From: an uncultured Gemmatimonadales bacterium
Lineage (GTDB): Bacteria; Gemmatimonadota; Gemmatimonadetes; Gemmatimonadales; GWC2-71-9
Direction: 5' to 3'
DNA length: 64,000 nucleotides
Assembly (NCBI GenBank): GCA_963695555.1
Contig: CAVOGR010000001.1
Location: forward strand, 480,001-544,000
The notes beneath the pieces were generated by a model. It ran no database searches and had not been told where the DNA came from. It was given only the letters and a program-made list of their open reading frames with translations. Positions 30,196-40,180 of this stretch are shown piece after piece. The translations under genes and the position numbers were made by a program. How positions within the stretch are numbered: position 1 is the stretch's first letter; each line of letters opens with the position of its first letter.

Positions 30196-30615
30196 ATGAG
30201 CAGGATGACTTCGGGTATTGCCGTTTCACTGTTGGCCCCACTGGCACTCATGGTCGGCAGCACCACCCTCGTGGCCCAGGAGGCCATGGCCGAGCATTGC
30301 AGCGCTTCCTTCTCTCAGGAGACGATCCCGGTTCAGGTCGAGCCGGTGATGTTGAAGGTCACCATGTCGCAAGGGATCGGGGACCTCACGGGTGGAATGG
30401 CGAGCGAGGAGAGCGGCATCGTGGTGAAGGAGGTCAAGACCGCGGACGAGGGCATGATCCTGTCGCTAGACACCAGCAAGGCCGTGGCCGGCGAGTGGAA
30501 GCTCGGCTTCACGGGCTCAGAAGGCGCGTGCGATGGCAAGGTCAAGGTCAAAGCCGCCGCGGAACAGACCAAGGATGTTGAGAAGGCAAAGGAAGTCGAA
30601 AAAGCAAAGGAGTAG
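30196..30615 (+). CDS. Hypothetical secreted protein
   Basis: AAGGAG RBS, signal peptide ending LVA-Q, two Cys, C-terminal VEKAKE repeat. Confidence 0.75.
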   Translation: MSRMTSGIAVSLLAPLALMVGSTTLVAQEAMAEHCSASFSQETIPVQVEPVMLKVTMSQGIGDLTGGMASEESGIVVKEVKTADEGMILSLDTSKAVAGEWKLGFTGSEGACDGKVKVKAAAEQTKDVEKAKEVEKAKE

Positions 30616-30678
30616 CACCCGAGTCGGGCGAGGGTTGAGCATAGAGTACGTCCAGGCGTAGGTGAGACTCGTGGTGCG

Positions 30679-30713
30679 GCGGCTGGGTCCTTGTGGCCCA
30701 GCCGCTTTTTTTT
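30679..30713 (+). terminator. Intrinsic terminator between convergent genes
   Basis: GCGGCTGGG...CCCAGCCGC followed by T8. Confidence 0.9.
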
Positions 30714-30717
30714 GCGG

Positions 30718-31275
30718 CTAGTTGGTGGGGCGGCCCAGGTCGATGTTTTTGAGCCGCCGCAGTTCGTCCTCCAGGCGGCGGAGGACCGCGTCCTTGGCCT
30801 CGACCTCCGCCTGCAGACGCTTCACTTCGGCTTGGAGGTCGGTGAGGCGGCGTCGGTTGGCGCCGATGGTGTCCTGAAGCGCGGTGTGCGTGGCCTCGAG
30901 TCCCTGAACCACGGCTCGCAGCGAATCGAGTTGCTGGCGTTCGACCTTCGCCTGGTCGCTGAGGTCGACCATGTCTCCCAGCAGACCGGCCAGGATCCTG
31001 GCCGCGGGTAGGTGCGGGCTCTGGGGAAACCGCGTCACCATTTGGGCGAGCAGCGCCCGTGCCCGTTCGGGGTTGGATACGGCAGTCCCTGGCGCGGCAT
31101 AGCTCAAGGCCAGCCGGTACAACGCGCGATCACTTCCTGCCACGGACGGGTCTTCTTCGTACGCGCGTGCCGCCAGCTCGTATTGCCCCGCTTCGAAATG
31201 CCGGTCGAGTGCACTCGCGGTACAACCAGCCGCCGCCAGCGTCACAGCCGCCGTGAGGAGAAGTGCGTGCCTCAT
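30718..31275 (-). CDS. Lipoprotein with TPR-like region and coiled coil (QseG/YfhG-like position)
   Basis: ATGA overlap with the kinase stop; lipobox LAAAGC; coiled-coil C-terminus ending LRRLKNIDL. Confidence 0.75.
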   Translation of the reverse strand: MRHALLLTAAVTLAAAGCTASALDRHFEAGQYELAARAYEEDPSVAGSDRALYRLALSYAAPGTAVSNPERARALLAQMVTRFPQSPHLPAARILAGLLGDMVDLSDQAKVERQQLDSLRAVVQGLEATHTALQDTIGANRRRLTDLQAEVKRLQAEVEAKDAVLRRLEDELRRLKNIDLGRPTN

Positions 31276-32813
31276 GCGACTTCCGCGCGCGGCACCCGCT
31301 TGGCTGGGCTGGCCGGGTGCGAAAACAAATCCGTCGCGGCGTCGGAGGTGAAGGCCTCGGGCAGCAGAAACTCGAAGACGCTCCCGGACGGGGCATGGTC
31401 GCGAACCCAGATAGCCCCGCCGTGGGCCTCGATGATGCGCCGGCTGAGTGCCAGGCCCAGGCCGACGCCGCTGCCCGCTGCCTTCCGGCCATGCAGACCC
31501 TGATAGAACTGGGTAAAGATCGCGTTCCTCTCCCTGTCCGGCACTCCCGGGCCGTGATCGATCACCGCAACCAGGACGTACCCCGATCCACCGGTCGCGC
31601 TGCGAATCTGGTCCCGCACTACTGGGCCGATCGTGGCCGGCATCTCCGCATGATAGGCGACCGACACCCGGATCGGCTGGTCCTCGGGGGAGAACTTGAT
31701 GGCGTTCTCGATCAGGTTTTGCACGACCTGAATGACGTGCGGCCCGTCGCACGCGACCACAACGGGCGTGCTGGGGAGGTCGGCCGTGATGCGTCGGCCC
31801 GATCGCCCCGCGCCGTTGAACTCGGCGAGAATGGTCGTGATGAGGTCGCCCAGGTCTTGCCACACGAATTCGTAATGGAGGCTGCCAGATTCGATTTGAG
31901 ACTGTTTCAGCAGTTTCGAGATCATGTCGGAGAGACGGCTCGCACTGGAGAGATTGAGTTCCACCAGATGCCGTTGCTTCTGGTTCAGCGCGCCGGGGAG
32001 TTCCTCGAGCAGCAGGCGGTTTACCTCCTGCATGCTGGCCAAGGGCGTCTTGAGGTCGTGCGAAACATGCGAGACAAAGTCCTTCTTTGCCTGGTCGAGT
32101 TCGCCCAGTCGCGCGATCATGACGTTGAAGTCGGCACTTACTTGCGCGAACTCATCATCCCGCGAAGGGTTGAGGCGGTATGCAAAGTCGCCCTGGGCGA
32201 CTGCATGGGTGCCTCGCTTGAGATGCCGCAAGGATTCGGTGATGGACCGGACGATGCGGACCGCGATCAGGAGGCTCAGCAACAACGCGATCGCCAGCCC
32301 GAAGAGCGCGATCAGGAGGGTGCGCCGCGCCGCCGCGGAAGTGCGCTCGAGTTCGTCGACCATGGCGGCTTGGGCCGCCTCGTTGACCTGCCCAGTTTGT
32401 TTCCGGAGCTCCGGAAAGCCGTCGCTCGAGCGCTCGAGCGCGTCGGGCTCTCTCGCGCCGGTTCCGCCATACGCCGCCCAGATGTCGAGGAGGCGGCTCA
32501 GCTCCTGACGCTCGGCGGGCGAGAGCGAAAGCGCGCGGAGCTGGCTCAGCGTGGTCCCAAAGGCTCGCAGCGCATCGGTGGCCTGCTCGGCATACCCGGC
32601 CTCTCCGGTTACCAGGTATTTCCGGACATTTTCGTTGTAATCATCGAGGTGCTGCAGCTGCTGCGTTGCGGCCAGCGTCAACCGCGAGCTAGTGAGGAGT
32701 TCCTGGTTTGTGCGCACCGCCTGCGAGATGACGTAGGCCTGATATACCAGGACGCACGCCAGGAGGCCGATGAGAATCCCGTAGCCGCTCGTGAGTCGGG
32801 TCGCGACCTTCAT
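31272..32813 (-). CDS. HAMP-domain sensor histidine kinase
   Basis: Two TM helices, HAMP, VSHDLKTPL (H box), NLIENAIKF, DHGPG, GVGLGL. Confidence 0.95.
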   Translation of the reverse strand: MKVATRLTSGYGILIGLLACVLVYQAYVISQAVRTNQELLTSSRLTLAATQQLQHLDDYNENVRKYLVTGEAGYAEQATDALRAFGTTLSQLRALSLSPAERQELSRLLDIWAAYGGTGAREPDALERSSDGFPELRKQTGQVNEAAQAAMVDELERTSAAARRTLLIALFGLAIALLLSLLIAVRIVRSITESLRHLKRGTHAVAQGDFAYRLNPSRDDEFAQVSADFNVMIARLGELDQAKKDFVSHVSHDLKTPLASMQEVNRLLLEELPGALNQKQRHLVELNLSSASRLSDMISKLLKQSQIESGSLHYEFVWQDLGDLITTILAEFNGAGRSGRRITADLPSTPVVVACDGPHVIQVVQNLIENAIKFSPEDQPIRVSVAYHAEMPATIGPVVRDQIRSATGGSGYVLVAVIDHGPGVPDRERNAIFTQFYQGLHGRKAAGSGVGLGLALSRRIIEAHGGAIWVRDHAPSGSVFEFLLPEAFTSDAATDLFSHPASPAKRVPRAEVA

Positions 32814-32822
32814 GGAACTACC

Positions 32823-34193
32823 TCAGCCCAACCCGTACGACTTGAGTTTGTTGCGGATGGTCTTGACGTCCAGCTTGAGTCTCCGGGCGGCTTCCGCCTT
32901 GTTGTGCCCGACCCGCTTCAGCGTGTCCAAGATGAGTCGTTTTTCCACTTCGGCCAAGCTCATTCCGGCCAGCGCTTCCGTCGCCGCTGCGTCGGGCTCC
33001 GGCCCGGCGCCATTCACGTCGATGAAGTAGGGCGGCAGGTCGGTCACCTCGATCCAGCCGTCGGCCAGGACGATGGCCCGTTCGATGACGTTCTTGAGCT
33101 CGCGAACGTTGCCGGGCCAGCCATACGACACGAGCCGCTCGCGCGCCTCATCGCGCAACCCCTCGATGGCGCGGCCATGCTTCTCGTTGAAATGGCGGAT
33201 GAAATGCTGGGCGAGGAGCGGGATGTCCTCCCGCCGCGCCCGGAGTGGAGGGACGAGGAGGGTGAACACGCTCAACCGGTAGAAGAGGTCTTCGCGAAGC
33301 TGGCCGTCCTTTACGGCCGCTGCGGGCTCGCGGTTGGTGGCGGCGAGCACCCGAACGTCGAAATGATGTTCCTGGGAGCCTCCGAGCCGCCGCACCTTTC
33401 CGTCCTCCAAAATCCGCAGCAGCTTCGGCTGGAGCGCGCTCGGCATCTCCGCTATTTCGTCCAGAAAGAGCGTGCCCTGATGAGCCAGCTCGAAGCAGCC
33501 CTGCCGGGTGGCGATCGCGCCGGTGAATGCGCCCTTCTCGTGGCCGAAGATCTCGCTCTCGATCAGGCTCTCGGCCATGGCCGCGGCGTTGATGGCAATG
33601 AACGGCTGTCCACGACGCGCGCTCAACGCATGAATGATCCTGACCACGAGTTCCTTGCCGGTGCCGCTCTCCCCGGTAACGAGTGCCGAGGCGTCGGTTG
33701 AAGCGACCCGTTCAATCAGGTCGCGGACGTCCTGAATGGCGCCGCTCTTCCCGATAATGGCGCCGGTGGGCGCTGGTCGAGCCAGCTCCTGCTCGAGGTC
33801 GCGAACCTCGGCCCGTAGCGCGATGTCGCGACCGGCGGCCTGCAATACCGCCCTCAGCTTGGCGTAATCCAACGGCTTGGTGAGGAAGTCCTTGGCCCCT
33901 CGCTTCATCGCGTCGACGGCAAGCTCCACCGTGCCGTAGGCCGTCATCAATATGACCGGTCGGGTCGGGTCTCCTGCGGTCAGATTGGCGAGCAGGTCGA
34001 GGCCCGTCATGTCGGGAAGGACCACGTCAGAGATGACCAGGTCGGGGGCGCGCGTTCGGATCAGCCGCGCGGCCGCCTCACCATCGGCGGCAACACACAC
34101 GTCGTACCCCCAGTCGGCCAGCCGCATGGCCACGACCTCGCGCATGGCGGGTTCATCATCGACGACCAGGACGAGCAGACGTTCTTCGGGCAT
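32823..34193 (-). CDS. Sigma54-dependent response regulator (REC-AAA+-Fis HTH)
   Basis: VVDDE, GESGTGKE, HEKGAFTGA, LFLDEI, WPGNVREL. Start 34193 (or GTG 34205). Confidence 0.96.
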   Translation of the reverse strand: MPEERLLVLVVDDEPAMREVVAMRLADWGYDVCVAADGEAAARLIRTRAPDLVISDVVLPDMTGLDLLANLTAGDPTRPVILMTAYGTVELAVDAMKRGAKDFLTKPLDYAKLRAVLQAAGRDIALRAEVRDLEQELARPAPTGAIIGKSGAIQDVRDLIERVASTDASALVTGESGTGKELVVRIIHALSARRGQPFIAINAAAMAESLIESEIFGHEKGAFTGAIATRQGCFELAHQGTLFLDEIAEMPSALQPKLLRILEDGKVRRLGGSQEHHFDVRVLAATNREPAAAVKDGQLREDLFYRLSVFTLLVPPLRARREDIPLLAQHFIRHFNEKHGRAIEGLRDEARERLVSYGWPGNVRELKNVIERAIVLADGWIEVTDLPPYFIDVNGAGPEPDAAATEALAGMSLAEVEKRLILDTLKRVGHNKAEAARRLKLDVKTIRNKLKSYGLG

Positions 34194-34280
34194 TGCACCG
34201 GGCACGGGGATTCGAGGAACCTTGAAGTATCCCCCTTTTCGAGCCCTGGTACAACCGCAGGCCCCGGGGCCCCTCGAAAT

Positions 34281-34318
34281 GACGAGCCCGCCGCCCGGGA
34301 TTGGGCGGCGGGCTCGTC
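34281..34318 (-). terminator. Terminator hairpin downstream of mscL
   Basis: 16-bp perfect stem GACGAGCCCGCCGCCC / GGGCGGCGGGCTCGTC, followed by ATTTC on the minus strand. Confidence 0.75.
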
Positions 34319-34341
34319 CGATGCTGCGCGAGGCGGGGGTT

Positions 34342-34770
34342 TTAGGCCCGCTTGGCCAGGAGGTCGCGGATTTCCTTCAGGACCTTCTCCTCCGCCGATG
34401 GAGGCGGTGGGGATGCAGGGGCCGCCTCTTCCTGCTTCTTGAGCTTGTTCATGTTCTTGACCACAATGAACAGCACAAACGACACGATCAGAAACGCAAT
34501 CAGGGCATTGATGAACAGGCCGTAGCCCAGGACGGCTGCCCCGGCCTCACGTGCGGCCGCGACCGAGGTGAATGTCTCGCCGGTGGGGTTCCGCAGCACT
34601 GCGAACAGGTTGCTGAAGTCGGGTGCGTCGAATACGGTGGCCACGATCGGCATCAGAATGTCGTCCACCACGGATTTCACCACCGTGCCGAACGCCGCCC
34701 CGATGATGATGCCGACGGCCATGTCGACCATGTTGCCCTTGATCGCGAACTCCTTGAAATCCTTCAACAT
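34342..34770 (-). CDS. mscL: Large-conductance mechanosensitive channel
   Basis: [28 protein letters not shown]...[13 protein letters not shown]...[18 protein letters not shown]. Confidence 0.97.
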   Translation of the reverse strand: MLKDFKEFAIKGNMVDMAVGIIIGAAFGTVVKSVVDDILMPIVATVFDAPDFSNLFAVLRNPTGETFTSVAAAREAGAAVLGYGLFINALIAFLIVSFVLFIVVKNMNKLKKQEEAAPASPPPPSAEEKVLKEIRDLLAKRA

Positions 34771-35012
34771 CGCTCCTCCAATCCAGGCGCGTGAATCCTC
34801 TCGGAGACCCCCAGCCCGGCCGGGCTGCGGGATTCCGCTGCGGTTAATAACTGCCACCCGCCGAGCGGGCAAGCGGGCGGCCGTGACGGCCTATTCATGG
34901 GCCTTGCGAGCGGGCGACGGGGACGGTTCTTCGTGCCGGCCCCTCTCGCGGCCTCCCACCAACCGGCCGGCTCATTCCGTGGCCGAGCCCATGGGTCGAT
35001 GCGCCCACGCAA

Positions 35013-35076
35013 TGTCCAACTATTACCTTGACAAACTATTGACAAAAGGCGATTGTTGTTGTACAATGACTGGACA
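35013..35076 (+). promoter_or_regulatory. Near-consensus sigma70 promoter overlapped by TnnACA repeats (CarH/LitR-like operator)
   Basis: TTGACA(35039)-N17-TACAAT(35062); TnnACA at 35028, 35039, 35060, 35071 and inverted at 35013. Confidence 0.65.
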
Positions 35077-35155
35077 AGGAGCCAGTCGGATGATCGGCCT
35101 GAGTCTATAAGTCGCTGTTACACAACAGATTACTGAATCTCAGGAGGATAACAAC

Positions 35156-35650
35156 ATGTCAGTCTTCTCCACCAAGCGTGCCGCTGCAGCCGCCGTGCTC
35201 GCGCTGAGCCTCGGCCTCGCCGCCTGCGACGACGATCCGGTCGCGCCGGCCCAGCTGAACATCGTTGAGACGGCTGTTGCCGCCGGCTCATTCAACACCC
35301 TGGTTGCGGCCGTCGAGGCCGCCGGGCTCGAGTCGGCGTTGACCGGACCTGGCCCCTTCACGGTCTTTGCACCCACCGACGCCGCGTTCAATGCGCTGCC
35401 GGCCGGTGCGCTCGATGCCCTGCTGCAGGACCCGCAGGCGCTGAGCGAGGTCCTCCTGTACCACGTGGTTTCCGGTAAGGTCCTCGCGGCCGATGTGGTC
35501 AACCTGACCTCCGCGACCACCCTGCAGGGGCAGTCGATAACCATCGACGCTTCCAACGGTGTCCTGGTCAACGATGCGCAAGTGACTCAGACCGACGTGG
35601 AGGCCTCGAATGGCGTCATCCACGTGATCGACAAGGTATTGCTGCCGTAA
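35156..35650 (+). CDS. Fasciclin (FAS1) domain lipoprotein
   Basis: AGGAGG RBS, lipobox [38 protein letters not shown]. Confidence 0.95.
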   Translation: MSVFSTKRAAAAAVLALSLGLAACDDDPVAPAQLNIVETAVAAGSFNTLVAAVEAAGLESALTGPGPFTVFAPTDAAFNALPAGALDALLQDPQALSEVLLYHVVSGKVLAADVVNLTSATTLQGQSITIDASNGVLVNDAQVTQTDVEASNGVIHVIDKVLLP

Positions 35651-35677
35651 CCCCGTCAGGGTTTCCGATGGCGCGCA

Positions 35678-35712
35678 CGGAGCCGGCGATCTCGCCGGCT
35701 CCGCTTGCGTTT
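35678..35712 (+). terminator. Terminator hairpin after the fasciclin gene
   Basis: CGGAGCCGGCGA-tc-TCGCCGGCTCCG then CTTGCGTTT. Confidence 0.65.
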
Positions 35713-35910
35713 GACAGCAATCCGGCCGGGAATCAATTTGGGAATCGGGCCCGACTGGCCCGGCCGGCGAAGCACGAGGTGTCAACCATGCGGCCCCGGA
35801 ATCGTCCCCTCTTCCAGATCCCGCTACTGGGCCGTCACGTGTCCCGCCCCGCCCAGAGGACTGAGGAGCCGATCCGTTGCTGTCCGCCGGCACGAAGGAG
35901 TAACGACACC

Positions 35911-37068
35911 ATGCACCGTTTCCCCCGTCCTTTCGGGCTCATCGTAATGTTGGGCGCCATCGCCGCCTGCGGCAATTCGTCGGGACCCACCGGGATCGGT
36001 CTGCTCGGCACTCCTCAGGTTGCAGCCGGAGACAACCACTCCTGCTTCCTCGACACGGCCGGGATCATCCGGTGCTGGGGCTGGGGTGCCCTGGGGCAGC
36101 TTGGCGCTGGAGATACGCTCAACAGCAGCTCACCCGTGCAGGTCGAGGGAGGCATTGGCTACCGCTGGCTCGCGGTCGGCAGCAATCACTCCTGCGGCAT
36201 CCTGGAGGATGGGAGGGCGACGTGTTGGGGGGCGGCCCACGCGGGAGAGCTGGGTAACGGCATGAGCCAAGGCAGGGTCACCACACCCGACGAGGTCCTC
36301 GGTGGCTCTCGGTTCACCACTCTCAGCGTGGGCGACGGCCACACCTGCGGAATCGCGCTGGCGGGCGAGGCGCTCTGCTGGGGTGAGGGTGCAAAGGGCC
36401 AACTCGGAAATGCAGATATCCAAGACCAGGCGGCGCCCGTTGGGGTTGCCACGGCTGTACAATTCAAGTCGATTGCCGCGGGACAGCTATTCACCTGCGG
36501 CGTCTCGACCCAGAATTCGGCGCATTGCTGGGGCGATAACACGTGGGGCCAGCTCGGCAGTGGCGTATTGGGCGGAACGAGCGCGACCCCGGTGGCGGTC
36601 ATCGGCGGGCACCAGTTCACGGCTATCTATGTTGGCAAGTCGTTCGTCTGCGCCTTGTCGACCGACCGGGATGCCTTTTGTTGGGGCGCCGCCTCGGGCG
36701 GGCGCCTTGGCAACGGTGGAGGGGCCGACACGGCGATCGCGGTCCCTGCGCCGGTCATCGGGGGCCACAAGTTCGAGGCCCTCGCCCTGGGGAGGGATCA
36801 CGCGTGCGGCATTGCGACCGATGCGAGCGCTTATTGTTGGGGCTTGAACACCTACGGGAAGCTGGGCGACGACATCGGTCCCTCGAGCCAAGAGCCGATC
36901 CAGGTCAGCGGAGGCCTCACATTCACCGGCATTACCGTGGGATTGGATCATACGTGTGGGGTGACGACCACCGGCAGCGGATACTGTTGGGGTCAGAACC
37001 TCATCGGTCAGCTCGGCCGCTCCCGGCCAGTTCAGAGCAGCGCCCCGCTCAAGGTCATGGGCCTCTAG
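35911..37068 (+). CDS. RCC1/BLIP-II repeat beta-propeller lipoprotein
   Basis: AAGGAG RBS, lipobox IAAC, seven repeats of the G..H[ST]C....CWG....G.LG type. Confidence 0.92.
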   Translation: MHRFPRPFGLIVMLGAIAACGNSSGPTGIGLLGTPQVAAGDNHSCFLDTAGIIRCWGWGALGQLGAGDTLNSSSPVQVEGGIGYRWLAVGSNHSCGILEDGRATCWGAAHAGELGNGMSQGRVTTPDEVLGGSRFTTLSVGDGHTCGIALAGEALCWGEGAKGQLGNADIQDQAAPVGVATAVQFKSIAAGQLFTCGVSTQNSAHCWGDNTWGQLGSGVLGGTSATPVAVIGGHQFTAIYVGKSFVCALSTDRDAFCWGAASGGRLGNGGGADTAIAVPAPVIGGHKFEALALGRDHACGIATDASAYCWGLNTYGKLGDDIGPSSQEPIQVSGGLTFTGITVGLDHTCGVTTTGSGYCWGQNLIGQLGRSRPVQSSAPLKVMGL

Positions 37069-37069
37069 C

Positions 37070-38441
37070 GCGCAGTCCCGGGCAGCTTAGCCTCGTTGGC
37101 CTCCTGGTTCTTGCGCTCGCCGCGGGTGGCTGTATCGCGAGCGCTCATCCCGCACCGTCCGGCTCATTCCCCTCACTCAATCCATCCCCCACGTGCCTCA
37201 CGCCGCGCGGAACCCAGAGACGTCCGTTTCGGCTCGCCGTCGATGGGTCCATCGCCGCTGAACACGCTCCTCGCGCAACCAACGACGCCGAACGCCTGAT
37301 CTTTGCGCAGCTCTACGAGACCCTGGTCAACGTCGACTGCACCGGTCGGGTGTATCGCGGTCTGGCCGAGTCGTGGACGCGCGACACGGTCGAGCAGAAG
37401 TGGGTCTTCGTGCTGCGGTCCGATGCCCGGTTCTGGAATGGGACCCGACTCACCGCCGAGGATGTCGTGGCGAGTCTGGCACGCGAGGGGGTGTGGTCGG
37501 CTGGCCTCGGTCCAACACAGGTCCTCGTCCCGCTGGAGGATGCACCAGCGCTCGAGCCGGTCCGGTTCGCCGATCCTCGACTGGCCGTGTCGCGGCAAGT
37601 TGCCGGGCACACGTGGCCGCTTGGCACCGGTGCCTTCCGGCCGGAATCCACCGGTGCCGCTGAGCATGGCCGAGGGCTCGCACTCGTCAGGGACGGACCC
37701 GCCGAGCCCGCGGTCGAGATCATCCAAGGGCAGGGTCGGGATGCCCGCGACCTCTTGGACAGCGGGGTCGACATCCTGATCACCTCTGAGCCGGCCGTCA
37801 CCGAATACGCAACATCGCTTCCGGAGTTCTCCACCGTCGCCCTGCCCTGGACCTCGACCTATGTGTGGGCGTCGCCAGCAGCGGCGCCGGTCGACTCGGC
37901 CAGCACGGGCGTCCTCGGCGGACAGCTTCGCGATGCCGTGCTGGCCGAAAGCCGGGCGGCAGCCGCACCGTTCTGGTGGCAGGAGCTTGGCGAATGCGGC
38001 ATGGAGTATCCACCGACCAGCGTCGACCCACGGACCCTCCCGTCACGCCTCGTCACCTTGGGCCGCGACCTGACAGCCACGGGCCTTGCCGCCCGGTTGA
38101 TCGTCTTGGCGCGATCATCTCGTCCGGGTACCGGGCCGGTCGCGTCCTTGGGACCGGATGTCGTCGCGGCCCCGCTTGGTCCTACCGAGTTTGACATTGT
38201 GCTCAGCGCGGGCCGGGATCGAGGGTACGTCTTCCCGCTGCCCCGTGCGGTGTACCAGCCGTGCCGCGCGGCGGCGGCGCTTCACGACAAGGTCCCGTGG
38301 CTCGACCCCGGCACCATCGTGCCGCTGGTGGATACGCGTGGCCGCCTGGTGGTTCGAAGCGGCGTTCCTCTCATGGCTGTGGATTGGGACGGTACTGTTC
38401 GGCTCGACCATCGAATGTTCTCGGAAGCGGGCCGGGAATGA
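37070..38441 (+). CDS. Family-5 ABC substrate-binding-like lipoprotein (start codon unresolved)
   Basis: Lipobox LAAGGC; QLYETLVNVD, GLAESW, WVFVLRSDARFWNGTRLTAEDVVAS, LGTGAF. No ATG/GTG/TTG in frame near the signal peptide. Confidence 0.75.
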
Positions 38442-40180
38442 CGTTTCGCGCTCGGGTCCTGGCGGGTTTCCTCGTCGTCGTGCTCGTTCCACTTCTGGTA
38501 TTCGCCGTCGGCACTCGGCGGCTGGTCCGCGAACGTCTCGTGGCCCAGTACGACCGGCGAGTGGAGCTCTTGGTAACGATGCTGGAGCAGGACATGGCGC
38601 AGCAGGGCAGGGCGGTAAGCGAGCGGATCGAGTCGCTCGCCGCGTTGCTCGCCGAGGACAATCGATTTCGCCAGGGACTTCAGGGGCATGCCGGCGCCCG
38701 AGGTTATCTGCTGGATTACGCAGGCATAGCGATGCGTCAGTCCGGACTCGATATGTTGCTGGTGCTCGACCGGGACGGCCGTATCCTGAGTTCGGGCCAT
38801 TTCCGCAACGAGTACGACCGGCCCGAGCCGGCCCTGGTCAGCGAAGTTGCCGCGGCCGACACGAGTCCCGTGCTCGTTCCCATGCGGACCGCCGCCAGCG
38901 GGTTCACGGTCATTGCGAAGGCCACGGCGTTCCGGCTCGGCGGGCGAGACCTGGGGTTGGTCGGCGGCGTCGATGTTCAGCGGCGGCTCATCGATCGATG
39001 GAATGACGATGAACAACTGGCCGTTGCGCTCGAGTTTCCAAGATCCGGTGACACCTCGGACACCGTGGATGGTCCTGCCGCGTGGCAAATAGTCCGTGAG
39101 GTGCCGGTGGTGTACTTGGCTCCCGCCGCCGCTCCGGAAGAACCGCGGGTCGTCACGCAGGCACACGTCCGCATCACCCATTCGCTCGCTTCGCTGCAGG
39201 AGCTGACCCGCGCCGTGGACCTGTGGTTCCTCGTTGCACTCCTCGTGACCAGTCTTGCGGCGCTCGGAGTTGCCGGGTGGGTGTCCGCCCGTCTCAGCCG
39301 CCCGCTGACCGACTTAGCGGAGAAGACCGCGCATGTCGACCTCGACAACCTCGATGTCGACTTCACCAGCGAGCGTACCGACGAGGTCGGGTCCTTGTCG
39401 CGACTCCTGGGTGCCATGACGGCTCGGCTCAAAGCGAGCGCAACCAGGCTGCGCGATGCAGAACGGCGCGCCACCGTTGGTGAGTTTGCCCGGCAAGTGA
39501 ACCACGACATCAAGAATGGTTTGACGCCGATTCGAAATGTCATCCGACATTTCATCGACGTCGTACGAGATGCGCCGGCAACCTTGCCGGACGTCTTCAT
39601 CAAACGGCAGGGAACGCTCGATGCCAGTCTGTCGTACCTGGAAAACCTTGCTGCGAATTACGCCAAGCTCTCCCCGGTTACGGCCACCGCGTCATGCGAT
39701 GTGGCGGCTGTCGTGCACCGTGTCATCGCCGGTACTGAGGCTCTTGGGGTGGGAGCGGTCCGGGCCGACATCGCGGCAGCCCTGCCGCTGGTTCGCGGAG
39801 ATCCGGTGGTGGTTCAACGTGTGCTCGAGAACTTGGTCCATAATGCCATCGCGAGCCTGGTCGATGACGGTACCGTCACCGTATCCGCCGCCCCATCGCC
39901 CGACGCCCTTCCGGGTGGTGCCGTCCGGCTCACGGTGGCCGATACGGGACGGGGTATGACGCAGGAAGAACTGGGGCGCATCTTCGAAGACTTCTACACC
40001 ACGACACCGGGAGGCACCGGGTTGGGTCTATCCATCGTGCGCCGCCTCGTTGGCGATCTGGGTGGCAGGCTCGAGATCGAGAGCGAGCCGGGTGTTGGCA
40101 CCCGGGTCACCGTCGACCTTCCGAGAGCGGTGGAGCAGGTGTCCTCCACCCAGGGCCAGAGCCGAGGAGAGGACCGATGA
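38438..40180 (+). CDS. HAMP-domain sensor histidine kinase (NtrY-like)
   Basis: ATGA overlap; two TM helices; VNHDIKNGLTPI, NLVHNA, DTGRG, GTGLGL. Confidence 0.93.
   Translation: MTFRARVLAGFLVVVLVPLLVFAVGTRRLVRERLVAQYDRRVELLVTMLEQDMAQQGRAVSERIESLAALLAEDNRFRQGLQGHAGARGYLLDYAGIAMRQSGLDMLLVLDRDGRILSSGHFRNEYDRPEPALVSEVAAADTSPVLVPMRTAASGFTVIAKATAFRLGGRDLGLVGGVDVQRRLIDRWNDDEQLAVALEFPRSGDTSDTVDGPAAWQIVREVPVVYLAPAAAPEEPRVVTQAHVRITHSLASLQELTRAVDLWFLVALLVTSLAALGVAGWVSARLSRPLTDLAEKTAHVDLDNLDVDFTSERTDEVGSLSRLLGAMTARLKASATRLRDAERRATVGEFARQVNHDIKNGLTPIRNVIRHFIDVVRDAPATLPDVFIKRQGTLDASLSYLENLAANYAKLSPVTATASCDVAAVVHRVIAGTEALGVGAVRADIAAALPLVRGDPVVVQRVLENLVHNAIASLVDDGTVTVSAAPSPDALPGGAVRLTVADTGRGMTQEELGRIFEDFYTTTPGGTGLGLSIVRRLVGDLGGRLEIESEPGVGTRVTVDLPRAVEQVSSTQGQSRGEDR

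Noticed and set aside
31263..33701. 812-aa plus-strand ORF
   Set aside because: Antisense to the clearly identified kinase and response regulator; no recognisable domain.
36010..37030. Periodic TGCTGGGG/TGTTGGGG repeats
   Set aside because: Explained by RCC1 propeller blades (CWG motifs).
36543..37069. N-terminal 175 aa of the 632-aa ORF
   Set aside because: Arg-rich off-frame overlap of the RCC1 gene; the real SBP sequence starts near 37070.
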